Source: Candidatus Dormiibacterota bacterium (lineage in GTDB: Bacteria > Chloroflexota > Dormibacteria > Aeolococcales > Aeolococcaceae). From it: a stretch of 64,000 nt of DNA. Shown here piece after piece: positions 1-8,976 of the stretch. Every line of letters starts with the position of its first letter. The first letter of the stretch is position 1. The notes beneath the pieces are model-generated. The model saw only the letters and a program-made list of their open reading frames with translations, was not told the origin of the DNA and did no database searches. Where the stretch lies: assembly GCA_963709585.1 (NCBI GenBank), contig CAVPXI010000006.1, positions 1 through 64,000 of the forward strand, in the 5' to 3' direction. The position numbers and the translations under genes were made by a program.

Positions 1-419
1 CCGAACCCGACCACGAAGAACCCGGTGACCGCGCCGCCCCTGAACGCGAGCTGCAATGCGGGATTGATCCCGCCGCGTGCCGCCTCAGCGGTGCGCAGGT
101 TGGAGCGCACCGAGATGTTCATCCCGACGTACCCGGCCGCGCCGCTCAGCACCGCGCCGATCAGGAAGAGGACACCGGTCTTCCACCCCAGCGTGAAGGT
201 CAGGAAGAGAAAGATGACCGCCCCGATCCCGGCGATGATCGTGTACTGCCGGTTCAAGTACGCTTGGGCGCCTTCCTGGATTGCCTTGGCGATCTCCCGC
301 ATCCGGTCGTTGCCCTGCGGCTGGCGGATCACCCAGAAGATCAGATAGACCGCATAGAGGAGAGCGAGCAGCCCGGCTGCGCCGATCGGGAGCAGGATGG
401 CGCGGTCGAGGGTCGGCAT
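1..419 (-). CDS. hppA: Membrane H+/Na+-translocating pyrophosphatase, N-terminal part (runs off window edge)
   Basis: Manual translation MPTLDRAILLPIGAAGLLALLYAVYLIFWVIRQPQGNDRMREIAKAIQEGAQAYLNRQY...GYVGMNISVRSNLRTAEAARGG...AFRGGAVTG; AGGAG SD upstream. Confidence 0.93.
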   Translation of the reverse strand, partial: MPTLDRAILLPIGAAGLLALLYAVYLIFWVIRQPQGNDRMREIAKAIQEGAQAYLNRQYTIIAGIGAVIFLFLTFTLGWKTGVLFLIGAVLSGAAGYVGMNISVRSNLRTAEAARGGINPALQLAFRGGAVTGFFVVGF

Positions 420-445
420 GCGCTCAGGTCTCCTGAGGGAAGTGA

Positions 446-1315
446 GTGAGTGCCCGGGCGGCTCTAATCCGCGCCACCCCGGGGCCGCCGCATTGTACCC
501 GGCCCGTGATCCCGCACACCAACGCCTATGCTGGGCTGGTGCCGAACGCCACCGGCCTGACCGCGATCGTGACGGTCGGCGATGAGATCCTCAGCGGCCA
601 CACGCAGGACACCAACTCGAGCCTGCTGGCGCGCCTCGCGTTCGCGTCGGGACGCCCCGTCTCTCACATCGAGGTGGTCGGCGACCAGCCCGAGGCGATC
701 GTCGCGGCGATCCGGCGTGCGATCGACGACCCGGAGATCTCGAGGATCGCAGTCTGCGGCGGCATCGGCCCGACCCCCGACGACCGCACCTTCCAGGCCG
801 TGGCCGACGCGCTCGACCGCCCGCTCGAGCTCAACCCGATCGCCTACGCGAATATCGAGGCCCTGGCGCGGCGCATGCACGCGGCGGGTTGGATCGACAA
901 GCCCGAGGTGTCGGAGGCAAACCGTCGCTGCGCCATGGTTCCTGTGGGTGCGACGGTGCTCACCAACCGGCGAGGGATGGCACCACCGCTGGCGATCGAC
1001 CTCGGTGACGACCGCTGGCTGTTCGTGCTGCCAGGGATTCCGCGCGAGTTCGTCACCATCGTGGAGGAAGAGCTCATCCCCGGGTACTTCGGTGGCGGGA
1101 CGGCGCCGGTGGTGCGCGAGGTCCACTACCGATCGGTCCCGGAGTTGGAGATGTCGCAGCCGATGCTCGTGCTCCAGGCGGAATTCCCCGACGTGACCGT
1201 CGGTTCGTACCCGCACGTCGAGCAGCGAGAGCTCGTCATCCGCCTTCGAGGGCGCGAAGCCGAACGCGTGGACGCCGCAGTCGCCCGGCTGCGCTCGTTA
1301 CGCAGCGACGCCTAA
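446..1315 (+). CDS. CinA N-terminal-type (MoCF-biosynthesis/COG1058 domain) protein lacking the C-terminal NMN deamidase domain; true start probably ~506-539
   Basis: VGDEILSGHTQDTNS, GGIGPTPDDRT, LPGIPRE, GSYP motifs. Confidence 0.85.
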   Translation: MSARAALIRATPGPPHCTRPVIPHTNAYAGLVPNATGLTAIVTVGDEILSGHTQDTNSSLLARLAFASGRPVSHIEVVGDQPEAIVAAIRRAIDDPEISRIAVCGGIGPTPDDRTFQAVADALDRPLELNPIAYANIEALARRMHAAGWIDKPEVSEANRRCAMVPVGATVLTNRRGMAPPLAIDLGDDRWLFVLPGIPREFVTIVEEELIPGYFGGGTAPVVREVHYRSVPELEMSQPMLVLQAEFPDVTVGSYPHVEQRELVIRLRGREAERVDAAVARLRSLRSDA

Positions 1316-1325
1316 GGACAGCGAA

Positions 1326-1340
1326 GCGGGTTCCCCCGCT
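1326..1340. terminator. Short hairpin between convergent genes, possible terminator
   Basis: agcggg-ttcc-cccgct inverted repeat between two stop codons; no U-tract. Confidence 0.35.
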
Positions 1341-1344
1341 GCGA

Positions 1345-1545
1345 TCAGACCTTCTGCAGGTTGCGCGCGCGCGGGCCCTTGGGCGAGTCGACGATGTCGA
1401 ACGTCACCTGCTCGCCTTCCTGGAGGGCGTCGAAGTCGACGGTGGTCAGCTCGGTGCGGTGAAAGAACACCTCGTTGCCATCATCGGCGCGGACGAAACC
1501 AAATCCACGGTCGGGAATAATCTTCTTGATTCTTCCAGCGGTCAC
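1345..1545 (-). CDS. Cold-shock domain protein (66 aa)
   Basis: GRIKKIIPDRGFGFV...VFFHRTEL...LQEGEQVTFDIVDSPKGPRARN with RNP1/RNP2; GGAGG SD before GTG at 1545. Confidence 0.95.
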   Translation of the reverse strand: MTAGRIKKIIPDRGFGFVRADDGNEVFFHRTELTTVDFDALQEGEQVTFDIVDSPKGPRARNLQKV

Positions 1546-1687
1546 AGCTTGTCCTCCAGGACTCTCGCCGACACGGACGCCCACCGCGTTCACGACCACT
1601 ATGGGAGCGTCCCCTGTCAGCAACGGGAACCCGCAAAAGACCGCGATGGAAGCACCGAAGGATGACGATTTCTCGCCGTTCCGGTGC

Positions 1688-2880
1688 TCAACGCAGCATA
1701 GCAGGGTATTCACTTGAGCCGCGTTCCCAGGCGGCGCGGAGTTCGTGCAGGCTCTCGGGAAGATTCGCGTAGTAGTCGTCGACGTCGATGTGCTCTGGCC
1801 ACGGGCTGGGGACGGAGCGCTCGCGCTCGCGACGCGCGTTCTCGAGCCAGACGCCGCCGAACGTGGTTTCGGCTCCGGACGCATCCACAATGCCCGCGTC
1901 GCGCAGGCGCCGCTGACGGTCGAACGGCGGCACCTCGACCGCGCGTGGCCCGGGGCTGCTCCACATCGCGGCCATCAACCCCGCGCAACCGCAATCGATG
2001 AGCGCATCGACAGCTCCCGCAACGAAGCGTCGTGTCGACGCATCGTCCTCTGGTGCGGCGTCATCGTCAACGTCTGCGTCCGCAGGCGGGCTCGATTGCA
2101 GGTGCGCAATCAGCGGCGCAGAGCCGCTCAGCGATTCGCAGAGTTGCGCGAGAAACGTCGCCGCCGCCGGGTCATGCTCGCCACCTACCTGCGCGAGCGC
2201 CGCGGCGGTGAGGTCGAGACCGACGGCATCGACGAGAGTCGCGACCACGGCTGGACGCACCGCGCGTGCGCTCACCAGGTCATCGGCACTCAGCGAGAGC
2301 ATGCAGCGCTGTTCGCGCTCGTGAATCCGCTCGCTGATGAGTGCGACCCAGCTGCGCAGGTGCTCGATGCGCTGCGGTCGCACACCGCCCGCGGGATCGT
2401 GCCCAAGGTCCCACATCGAAATCGCCGGATGTCCCGCGAAGGCACCGAGCAGCTCGTCGATCCAGCGAACGCACACCTCGAGCATCAGCTGGTCGGTATA
2501 GACATAGCGTGGGCCGCCCGGTTGGGTTACCGCGTCGGTGACCGCGCGCACCCCGCCGCGACGTGTGACGTCGATCGCGTACGACGGGAGCATCACGCAG
2601 CGGCCGAGCGTCTGTACGAAGAGCACCGGAACCACCTGCAACGACAGCTCCCTCGCCACGCTCAGGAAATGCTCGAGGTTGCGCAGACGTTCCGGTTCCA
2701 CACGCGCAGGCGTCGGCATGAAGGCGTCCCACAACAGATGGGTGCGCACGGTTCGATGACCTGCGGACTTGATCGCCCGCAACTCCACCTGCGTGCGCGC
2801 GGCTTCGTACTCGTGCCATACGTAGGGACCGACCTCGCGCGACCAGTAGGTCACGCCGATGTCGACGGGCTGACGCGCGT
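1688..2880 (-). CDS. GH5/clan-A-like TIM-barrel protein with degenerate catalytic residues; start unresolved
   Basis: GVTYW, VRTHLLWDAFMP and MWDLGHDP in place of the clan-A WDLxNEP motif. Confidence 0.7.
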
Positions 2881-3713
2881 CAGTAGACGAAGAGGTCGAT
2901 GCCTCCTGCGACAGTGATGACCTGGCCGGTGATGTAGCGCGCCTCCGGCGAAGCGAGGAACACGATGGTGTGCGCGATGTCATCCGGCTCGCCGGCGCTG
3001 CGCATGGCGGTGCGGAGGACCATGCGATCGTTCATCCTCGCGTCACCCATCTTCCACGCCTCGGTGCCGATGACACCGGGCGCGATGATGTTCGCGGTGA
3101 TGCCGAAACGTGCGCCCTCGAGCGCCATCGACTTGCCGAGCCCGATCACCGCCGCCTTGGTCGCCGCGTAGGAAGCCTGACCGAATCCACCGAGCGTACC
3201 CGCCACCGACGCCATGTAGACGATCCGCCCCCAGCCCGCTTCGCGCATGTACGGCCATGCCGCCTTGGTGCAGTTGAACGCACCCGATACGTTCACGCGC
3301 AGGTCGCGATCCCAGAGCTCATCGTTCTGATGCTCGATCTGCGCGATGTGGTCGAGCGTCCCCGCGTTGTTGACCAGGATGTCGATCGATCCGAAGTCCT
3401 TCTTGATGGTGGCGAACACCTCGCGAATCTGGTCGCGATTGGTGACATCCATCTTCATCGCCGCCGACCGCCGCCCCATCTGACGGATCTCGTCTCTGGT
3501 CTTCTCGGCGTACACGACGTGCTGCGAGGTGAACAGCTGCGCCAGCGCCGAGTGTGCGTCCTCCGCGGCCTGCTCGAGCTCCGGGTCCGACTCGATGAGG
3601 ATGTCGGTGACGACCACGTCCGCGCCGGCGCGGGCAAGCGCGAGGCAGTCCGCCCTGCCGAGGCCGCGCGATCCCCCGGTGACGACAGCGACCTTCCCGG
3701 TCAGATCGAACAT
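2880..3713 (-). CDS. Short-chain dehydrogenase/reductase (FabG-like)
   Basis: TGGSRGLG, NNAG, YAATK motifs; AGGAG SD. Confidence 0.93.
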   Translation of the reverse strand: MFDLTGKVAVVTGGSRGLGRADCLALARAGADVVVTDILIESDPELEQAAEDAHSALAQLFTSQHVVYAEKTRDEIRQMGRRSAAMKMDVTNRDQIREVFATIKKDFGSIDILVNNAGTLDHIAQIEHQNDELWDRDLRVNVSGAFNCTKAAWPYMREAGWGRIVYMASVAGTLGGFGQASYAATKAAVIGLGKSMALEGARFGITANIIAPGVIGTEAWKMGDARMNDRMVLRTAMRSAGEPDDIAHTIVFLASPEARYITGQVITVAGGIDLFVY

Positions 3714-3831
3714 GCAACGCTCCTCGAGAGGTTGGTGAGGCGGCGACTGGAGAGCTTAGCGCTCGCTCCGAAGCGCAGGCTCGCGCTCCCGACGCGGGGG
3801 ATCGAGGATCCGGGCTGGGCGATCGGACGCG

Positions 3832-5073
3832 TCAGCGTGCCGCTGCGGCCGGCACCGACGCGGTTTCCGGGACGACCCGCGGCCGCGGCGCCGAGGCGGT
3901 GCGCTCGCCGAGCACATAGCGGCTGATCACCAGGCGCTGGATCTCCGCGGTGCCCTCCCAGATCTGATAGATCTTCGCGTCGCGCATGAAGCGCTCGACC
4001 GGGTAGTCCTTGATATATCCGTAGCCACCGAGGATCTGCACCGCGTCGACGGTGACCCGCATCGCCATGTCACCGGCAAACAGCTTCGCCATAGAACCTT
4101 CGCCGCGCGAGAGCGGGACCCCGTTCATCACCATCCACCCGGCACGCCAGGTGAGCAGCCGTGCCGCGTCGATCTCGGTCGCCATGTCGGCGAGCTTGAA
4201 GGCGATCGCCTCATGCCTGGCGATCGGCTTGCCGAACGCCACTCGCTGCAACGAGTAGTCCCGAGCGAACTCGAAGGCGGCCCGCGCAATGCCGAGCGCG
4301 CCGGCGGCGACCGACGGCCGGGTGGCCTCGAGCATGATCATCGCGCCGACCCGTCCCGGGCCGGTCTCCTCGCCACTCTTGTTGTAGCCGAGGCGCTGAT
4401 CATCGGGGATGAAACAGTCCTCGAAGATGACCTGGGCGGTGTGCGAGGCACGGACACCGAGCTTGCGTTCCTTGCGGCCCTGGCGCATCCCGGGGGTGCC
4501 TTTCTCGATGACAAAGCCAGCGACTCCGACAGGCCCGAGTGACTTGTCGGTGGTTGCGAACGCGACCTGGACGTCCGCGATCCCGCCGTTGGTGCAGAAC
4601 TGCTTGGTGCCGTTGAGGACGTAGCCGCCGTCCACCCTGGTCGCCGTGGTCTCGAGCGCCAGCGAGTCCGAGCCGCTGTTCGGCTCGGTGAGTCCCATGG
4701 CGCCGATCTTCAATTCCGCGGCGGTGAGCATGGTGATGTACTTCTGCTTCTGCTCCTCGGTGCCCATCGCGATGATCGCCGCGCCGGCCAAGCCGCTCGC
4801 GCCGATCGCTACCGCGATTCCGGCGTCGCCCCAGGCCAGCTCCTCTTCGCGGATGAGGTTGGTGACCAGGTCGATGCCGCCACCCCCGTACTGCTCGGGG
4901 AAGCCCGCAGTCGCATCCAGCCCGAGGGCGTGCGCCTTTCGCATCACCTCCCACGGGGTCTCCTCGTTCTCGTCGTAGCGCTCGGCGACCGGGCGCATCT
5001 CCTTCTCGGCGAACTCATGCGCGAGCGCGCGGATCTCCTCCTGTTCGCGGGTGAGCGAGAAGTCAAGTCCCAT
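3832..5073 (-). CDS. Acyl-CoA dehydrogenase
   Basis: GLTEPNSGSD, LNGTKQFCTNG, QILGGYGY, RDAKIYQIWEGTAEIQR. Confidence 0.96.
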   Translation of the reverse strand: MGLDFSLTREQEEIRALAHEFAEKEMRPVAERYDENEETPWEVMRKAHALGLDATAGFPEQYGGGGIDLVTNLIREEELAWGDAGIAVAIGASGLAGAAIIAMGTEEQKQKYITMLTAAELKIGAMGLTEPNSGSDSLALETTATRVDGGYVLNGTKQFCTNGGIADVQVAFATTDKSLGPVGVAGFVIEKGTPGMRQGRKERKLGVRASHTAQVIFEDCFIPDDQRLGYNKSGEETGPGRVGAMIMLEATRPSVAAGALGIARAAFEFARDYSLQRVAFGKPIARHEAIAFKLADMATEIDAARLLTWRAGWMVMNGVPLSRGEGSMAKLFAGDMAMRVTVDAVQILGGYGYIKDYPVERFMRDAKIYQIWEGTAEIQRLVISRYVLGERTASAPRPRVVPETASVPAAAAR

Positions 5074-5085
5074 ATGCGAGGTCCC

Positions 5086-5502
5086 TTAGCGTGAGAGCCG
5101 GACGGTTGCCCGGCCATTGGTCAAGACGCGGTCGCCGCGATCCGAGGACGCCCCCACTTCCAGGGTGGCGACCCCCGCATCGTCGACGCTGACGACGGTT
5201 CCGGTGCAGATGATGGTGTCGCCGGGGAGCAACGGCTTGCTGAACCGGCAGGAGAGGCTGAGGAGGTTGGCGCTTCCGCCCGCCCAGGAGGCAATCGCGT
5301 CGGCGAGGATACCCATCTCGAGCATGCCGTGCGCGATGGTGCCGGGCAGACCCACCGAGCGCGCGAAATCGGGGTCGAGGTGGATCGGGTTGTGGTCACC
5401 GGACGCGTCGGCGTAGGCGCTGATCTGCTCCTGAGTCACCGTCCTCGAGAAGGGTGTGACGCTGTCGCCGATCGCCACCTCGGAGGCAGCCGGCGCGGTC
5501 AC
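5086..5502 (-). CDS. MaoC-family (R)-specific hydratase/dehydratase, catalytic subunit (HadB-like)
   Basis: YADASGDHNPIHLD...IAHGML hydratase-2 motif; GTGA overlap with the upstream stop. Confidence 0.92.
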   Translation of the reverse strand: MTAPAASEVAIGDSVTPFSRTVTQEQISAYADASGDHNPIHLDPDFARSVGLPGTIAHGMLEMGILADAIASWAGGSANLLSLSCRFSKPLLPGDTIICTGTVVSVDDAGVATLEVGASSDRGDRVLTNGRATVRLSR

Positions 5503-5912
5503 GCGGGTGCCCGGACGATCATCAGCGAGGTCGCGCGACAGACCACCGCCTGGTCCGCCGGGCGGACTGCCTCCATGGCGAGGCGCACGAACGTCATGCC
5601 TCGCCTGGTGTCGACGCTGGTGATCTCCGCGGTGGCGTCTACCACGTCGCCGGGGTGGAGCGCGGCGGGCCACTCGAACGACTGATCACCGTGAATCAGT
5701 CCGGCGAGATCGATCCCGACCTCGGCATCGCCGAAGAGTTGCGCAAGGGTCGGCCCGAGGCAGTAGACCGCTGCGAAGGTTGGTGGGACTGCGTCCGGCT
5801 CTCGGACCTCGTCAGCTCCGGCGATGGCCCGAGCCATGGCGCGTGCCGCGTCGGGGTCGATGCGCTGACCGGGTGCCGAGTAACGACGGCCAACGTGGCT
5901 GTGGTCAGGCAC
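5499..5912 (-). CDS. MaoC-like hot-dog partner subunit (HadA/FAS1-like)
   Basis: VPPTFAAV, LIHGDQSFEWPAALHPGD; coupled to the HadB-like gene. Confidence 0.85.
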   Translation of the reverse strand: MPDHSHVGRRYSAPGQRIDPDAARAMARAIAGADEVREPDAVPPTFAAVYCLGPTLAQLFGDAEVGIDLAGLIHGDQSFEWPAALHPGDVVDATAEITSVDTRRGMTFVRLAMEAVRPADQAVVCRATSLMIVRAPA

Positions 5913-6054
5913 CGATCCCTGCTCTCGTCGGTGAGGCAAGCGTCGGATACGCACGCGCCGGCACAGAAATTGACATCCGTATCAACTATTCCCGAAACGA
6001 ACGATACACCCGGACTTAAGCCTCGTCAAAAGAGGTCATTTCGCGGTCTACAGC

Positions 6055-7062
6055 CTAGCCCTGCGGCGCTTCAGGTCGCAGGTCGATAGGTTCGGCACGG
6101 ATGTCCCCGACCTCGCGTCCTGCCCAATTGCGCTGCATCAATCTCGCGAAAGGACGCAGCGGGTCGGGGAGATCGGCGTCGAGCACCTCGAGTTGCTGGA
6201 GCAGGGCCACGCCGACAACGGGTATCGCCTCCCCTGCGCCAGCCTCGAGCTTGATGGCGATCCCGGGACCATCCGGGCGCACCACAGCGGCCCACACGGC
6301 CGCGCCCCCGATCTTGGCCGTGAGGCGGGCACCGGCAACCTCGAGGAGCGCGGTGTCGAATCGTCCTGTCCCGGCGACGAGGAATGGACACGCTGCCATC
6401 GCGTTCTGAGCGCGCCTGAACGCCGGGTCCGCTGTGGCGGCGGCGAAGCCCCGGGCGATGGCCGCAAGCGGGATCCCGTACGTGGTGAGGCCGCACCCGT
6501 CGATGCCACGCGGGGCAGTGTCGAGATCGACGCCGAGCATCTCCTGCATGGCGCCGGTGACTGCCTGCTGACACGGATGCGCTGGATCCATGTAGCCGTC
6601 GAGCGGCCATCCCATAACCGCGCAGGTCGCCAGCATCGCGGCGTGCTTTCCGGAGCAGTTGTTGTGGATCGGCAGCGGCATCGCACCCGAGGCGAGGAGA
6701 CGGCGGGCCGCTGCCTCGTCTGAAGGGAGTTGCGGTCCACACCTCAGCGCCTCCTCCGGTACGTGGGCTTTGGCAAGCAGACGCCGGACGGTCGCGACGT
6801 GTTCGTCCTCGCCCTGGTGCGAGGCGCAGGCAATGGCGATGTCGGCATCGTCCGCCTCCAGGCGGTCAGCCGCGGAACGAAGGAAGGGCAGCGCCTGGAG
6901 CGGCTTGACGCAGCTTCGCAGCGTCGTCTCCGCCTGAGGCATCCCGGCCGAGCTGAACACCTTCCCGGAGGCGTCAACCACCGCGACGTGCCCTCGGACC
7001 CGAGCCTCGACGACCGTGCCTCGCCGGACCGTTGCGAGCACCGGGGGCGCGGGATCGTTCAC
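6055..7062 (-). CDS. Rhizobial-type (class 3) L-asparaginase II family
   Basis: RSCVKPLQAL, CASHQGE, NNCSGKH, DGCG motifs. Confidence 0.9.
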   Translation of the reverse strand: MNDPAPPVLATVRRGTVVEARVRGHVAVVDASGKVFSSAGMPQAETTLRSCVKPLQALPFLRSAADRLEADDADIAIACASHQGEDEHVATVRRLLAKAHVPEEALRCGPQLPSDEAAARRLLASGAMPLPIHNNCSGKHAAMLATCAVMGWPLDGYMDPAHPCQQAVTGAMQEMLGVDLDTAPRGIDGCGLTTYGIPLAAIARGFAAATADPAFRRAQNAMAACPFLVAGTGRFDTALLEVAGARLTAKIGGAAVWAAVVRPDGPGIAIKLEAGAGEAIPVVGVALLQQLEVLDADLPDPLRPFARLMQRNWAGREVGDIRAEPIDLRPEAPQG

Positions 7063-7072
7063 GGCGCCCACT

Positions 7073-7102
7073 TTGACGGCGCCAAGCTGGTTTTGGTACG
7101 GT
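7073..7102 (+). promoter_or_regulatory. Putative sigma70-type promoter for the LysM-CHAP gene
   Basis: TTGACG-18 nt-TACGGT with extended TG. Confidence 0.5.
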
Positions 7103-7179
7103 CGCCCGCGACCTCCGGGGAAGAGGGCACGAACACCCCGGGCATCGTCCGAATCACTGTACAAACCAGGGGAGCAGCG

Positions 7180-8061
7180 ATAGCGACCCACGTTCATCGG
7201 TTCGTACGACACCTCTGGGTAATCGCCACAGCGGCGGTGCTCGTCGTGCTCGTCGCCCGGCCGGCTCAGATTCCCGGGGCGCCCATGCTCCGAAATCTCG
7301 CAGCGATCCAGATCAACGCGGTGGTGGAGAACTCGACCGCGGTGACGGCGCTTGCCGTGGAGCCCGTCAAGACGGTGGTCGTCCAGCCCGGCCAGACCCT
7401 CGCGACCCTATCGGCGGCGTACCACGTCGCCACGTCGACGATCCAGTGGGGCAATCAGTTCACGCCCTACGTCGTTCCCAAGGCGGGCTCGACGGTGCTG
7501 ATCCCTCCGGGACCGGGCGCCCTGGTCGAGGTGCTTCCCGGCGAGACCCCGACCGCCTTCGCCGCTCGTCTCCACCTCGACCCCGCGGTGATCCTCGACT
7601 ACAACGCGCTGAGCAGCAACGCGCCGATGCTCGGCGGCTCGTACCTCCTGGTGCCGCTCTCTCGAGCGCCGGCAGGTGCGCTCGTCTCCTCGTACTTCGT
7701 GGACGCGCAAAACGGGGTTCCGTCGGTTCCCCCGCAGAACCCGCTGCACGACGGCTTTCCGTACGGCCAGTGCACGTATTACGTTGCAACCCGTCGTGCG
7801 GTTGACTGGAGCGGCAACGCTATCGCCTGGTGGCATGCCGCGCGTGGCAAGCGCCCCGAAGGACGCGTCCCGGTGGAGGGTGCGATCGTCGTCTTCAACA
7901 TCGGATGGGTAGGCCACGTCGCCTATGTCGAGCATGTGAACCTCGACGGCACGTTCATCATTTCCGAGATGAACTACCGCGCCGATGGAGGAGGATGGGG
8001 GCGCGTCGACTACCGCACCATCTCTGTCTCGGACGCTTCGATTCTGGGATTCATCTACTGA
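7180..8061 (+). CDS. LysM + CHAP domain peptidoglycan hydrolase with N-terminal signal/TM segment; probable ATA start
   Basis: LysM VQPGQTLATLSAAYHV; CHAP GQCTYY...GHVAYVE...ISEMNY; AGGGGAG 5 nt before in-frame ATA at 7180. Confidence 0.88.
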   Translation: MATHVHRFVRHLWVIATAAVLVVLVARPAQIPGAPMLRNLAAIQINAVVENSTAVTALAVEPVKTVVVQPGQTLATLSAAYHVATSTIQWGNQFTPYVVPKAGSTVLIPPGPGALVEVLPGETPTAFAARLHLDPAVILDYNALSSNAPMLGGSYLLVPLSRAPAGALVSSYFVDAQNGVPSVPPQNPLHDGFPYGQCTYYVATRRAVDWSGNAIAWWHAARGKRPEGRVPVEGAIVVFNIGWVGHVAYVEHVNLDGTFIISEMNYRADGGGWGRVDYRTISVSDASILGFIY

Positions 8062-8084
8062 TTTCTGGGTGCGCTCTGTGGTTT

Positions 8085-8210
8085 GGCGAGAGGGGAACGA
8101 TCGACGCTCTGCTCAGACACCGGGCTCGCTCGCTCGGTCGCGCAACAAAATTATCGCGCTCCTCTCTCGCGACCCGGAACTCGCTGATCGCCGATCGTCC
8201 CCCTCTCGCC
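8085..8210 (+). repeat. Palindromic intergenic element, copy 1 (REP/MITE-like)
   Basis: 19-bp terminal inverted repeat (18/19 match); core similar to the reverse complement of 8977-9098. Confidence 0.8.
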
Positions 8211-8221
8211 CTGCATGTGCT

Positions 8222-8359
8222 GTGCCGTCTTCCCTTTGCTGAATCCTGCGCAGCGCCGCCCTGCAACGCGACGGGGCAGTAGGTCGACGCTTCTTGGCCG
8301 GAGAGTGACGCGCAACGTCGGTGGCGCGACTAGGGTTTGTTGCTCATCAGGGACGGTAC
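8222..8359 (+). ncRNA. Candidate rod-shaped structured RNA (possibly 6S-like)
   Basis: Nested pairings gugccgu/acgguac, cccu/aggg, aauccu/aggguu, gcgccgcc/gguggcgc; G-U pairs favour the + strand; no credible ORF. Confidence 0.35.
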
Positions 8360-8393
8360 GTGTTGACCTCCGTAGCCGGGCTGGCCTGCCTGC

Positions 8394-8909
8394 TTAGGAG
8401 GTCGCTTTCGCCTTGGTGAGGTCGATGTACGCGACCGCAATTCGCTCCGCGTCACCAAGGCCGAGCACGGTGATGACCTCGTCATGCTCGGCAACTGCGT
8501 CGCTCTCTGACTGATCCTGAATCGCCGTCTCCAGCTCGACAAAGCGGCCGAGCCCGACGACATCGTCGAGGTGGATGCGCGTGTTGCGAAAGATGAGCAG
8601 ATGACGCGTCTTCTCGAGTACCCCGGATCTCTCGAGCACACGTCCGAGCACCTCATCAAGCAGCGCCGCGGCTCCGGTCGGATACAGCCCGTAATCGGAT
8701 GCGCGGGGCGCAGCAGCGTCCTCGCGATCGTAGGCAATCAACTCGCTGCGCACGCCCGCAATCGTCCGAAGCTTCAGCCGGCCCTTCGGGACACCGTAGA
8801 ACTGATCGCGCTGTACCAGGAGTCCTTCGTCTCTCGCTCCGGCTTCGAGGGCGCGCGCAAGAACAGCCTCGTGGTCGCTCCACCGAAGCTTGCTCTCGAC
8901 CTGACGCAC
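8394..8909 (-). CDS. CYTH-domain protein (class IV adenylate cyclase CyaB-like)
   Basis: ExK start (VESKLR), QRDQFY, RLKLR, RIHLDDVVGLGRFVELE. Confidence 0.92.
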   Translation of the reverse strand: MRQVESKLRWSDHEAVLARALEAGARDEGLLVQRDQFYGVPKGRLKLRTIAGVRSELIAYDREDAAAPRASDYGLYPTGAAALLDEVLGRVLERSGVLEKTRHLLIFRNTRIHLDDVVGLGRFVELETAIQDQSESDAVAEHDEVITVLGLGDAERIAVAYIDLTKAKATS

Positions 8910-8976
8910 GGCCAGATACTATCCCCGCCGCCACGGGCGAAGCACCGACGCCGCGAGCTACGGCACAACGCACCCT

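Noticed and set aside
8236-8250. GCTGAATCC resembling the start of a c-di-AMP (ydaO) riboswitch
   Set aside because: The remaining conserved elements are absent, and it lies downstream, not upstream, of the wall hydrolase
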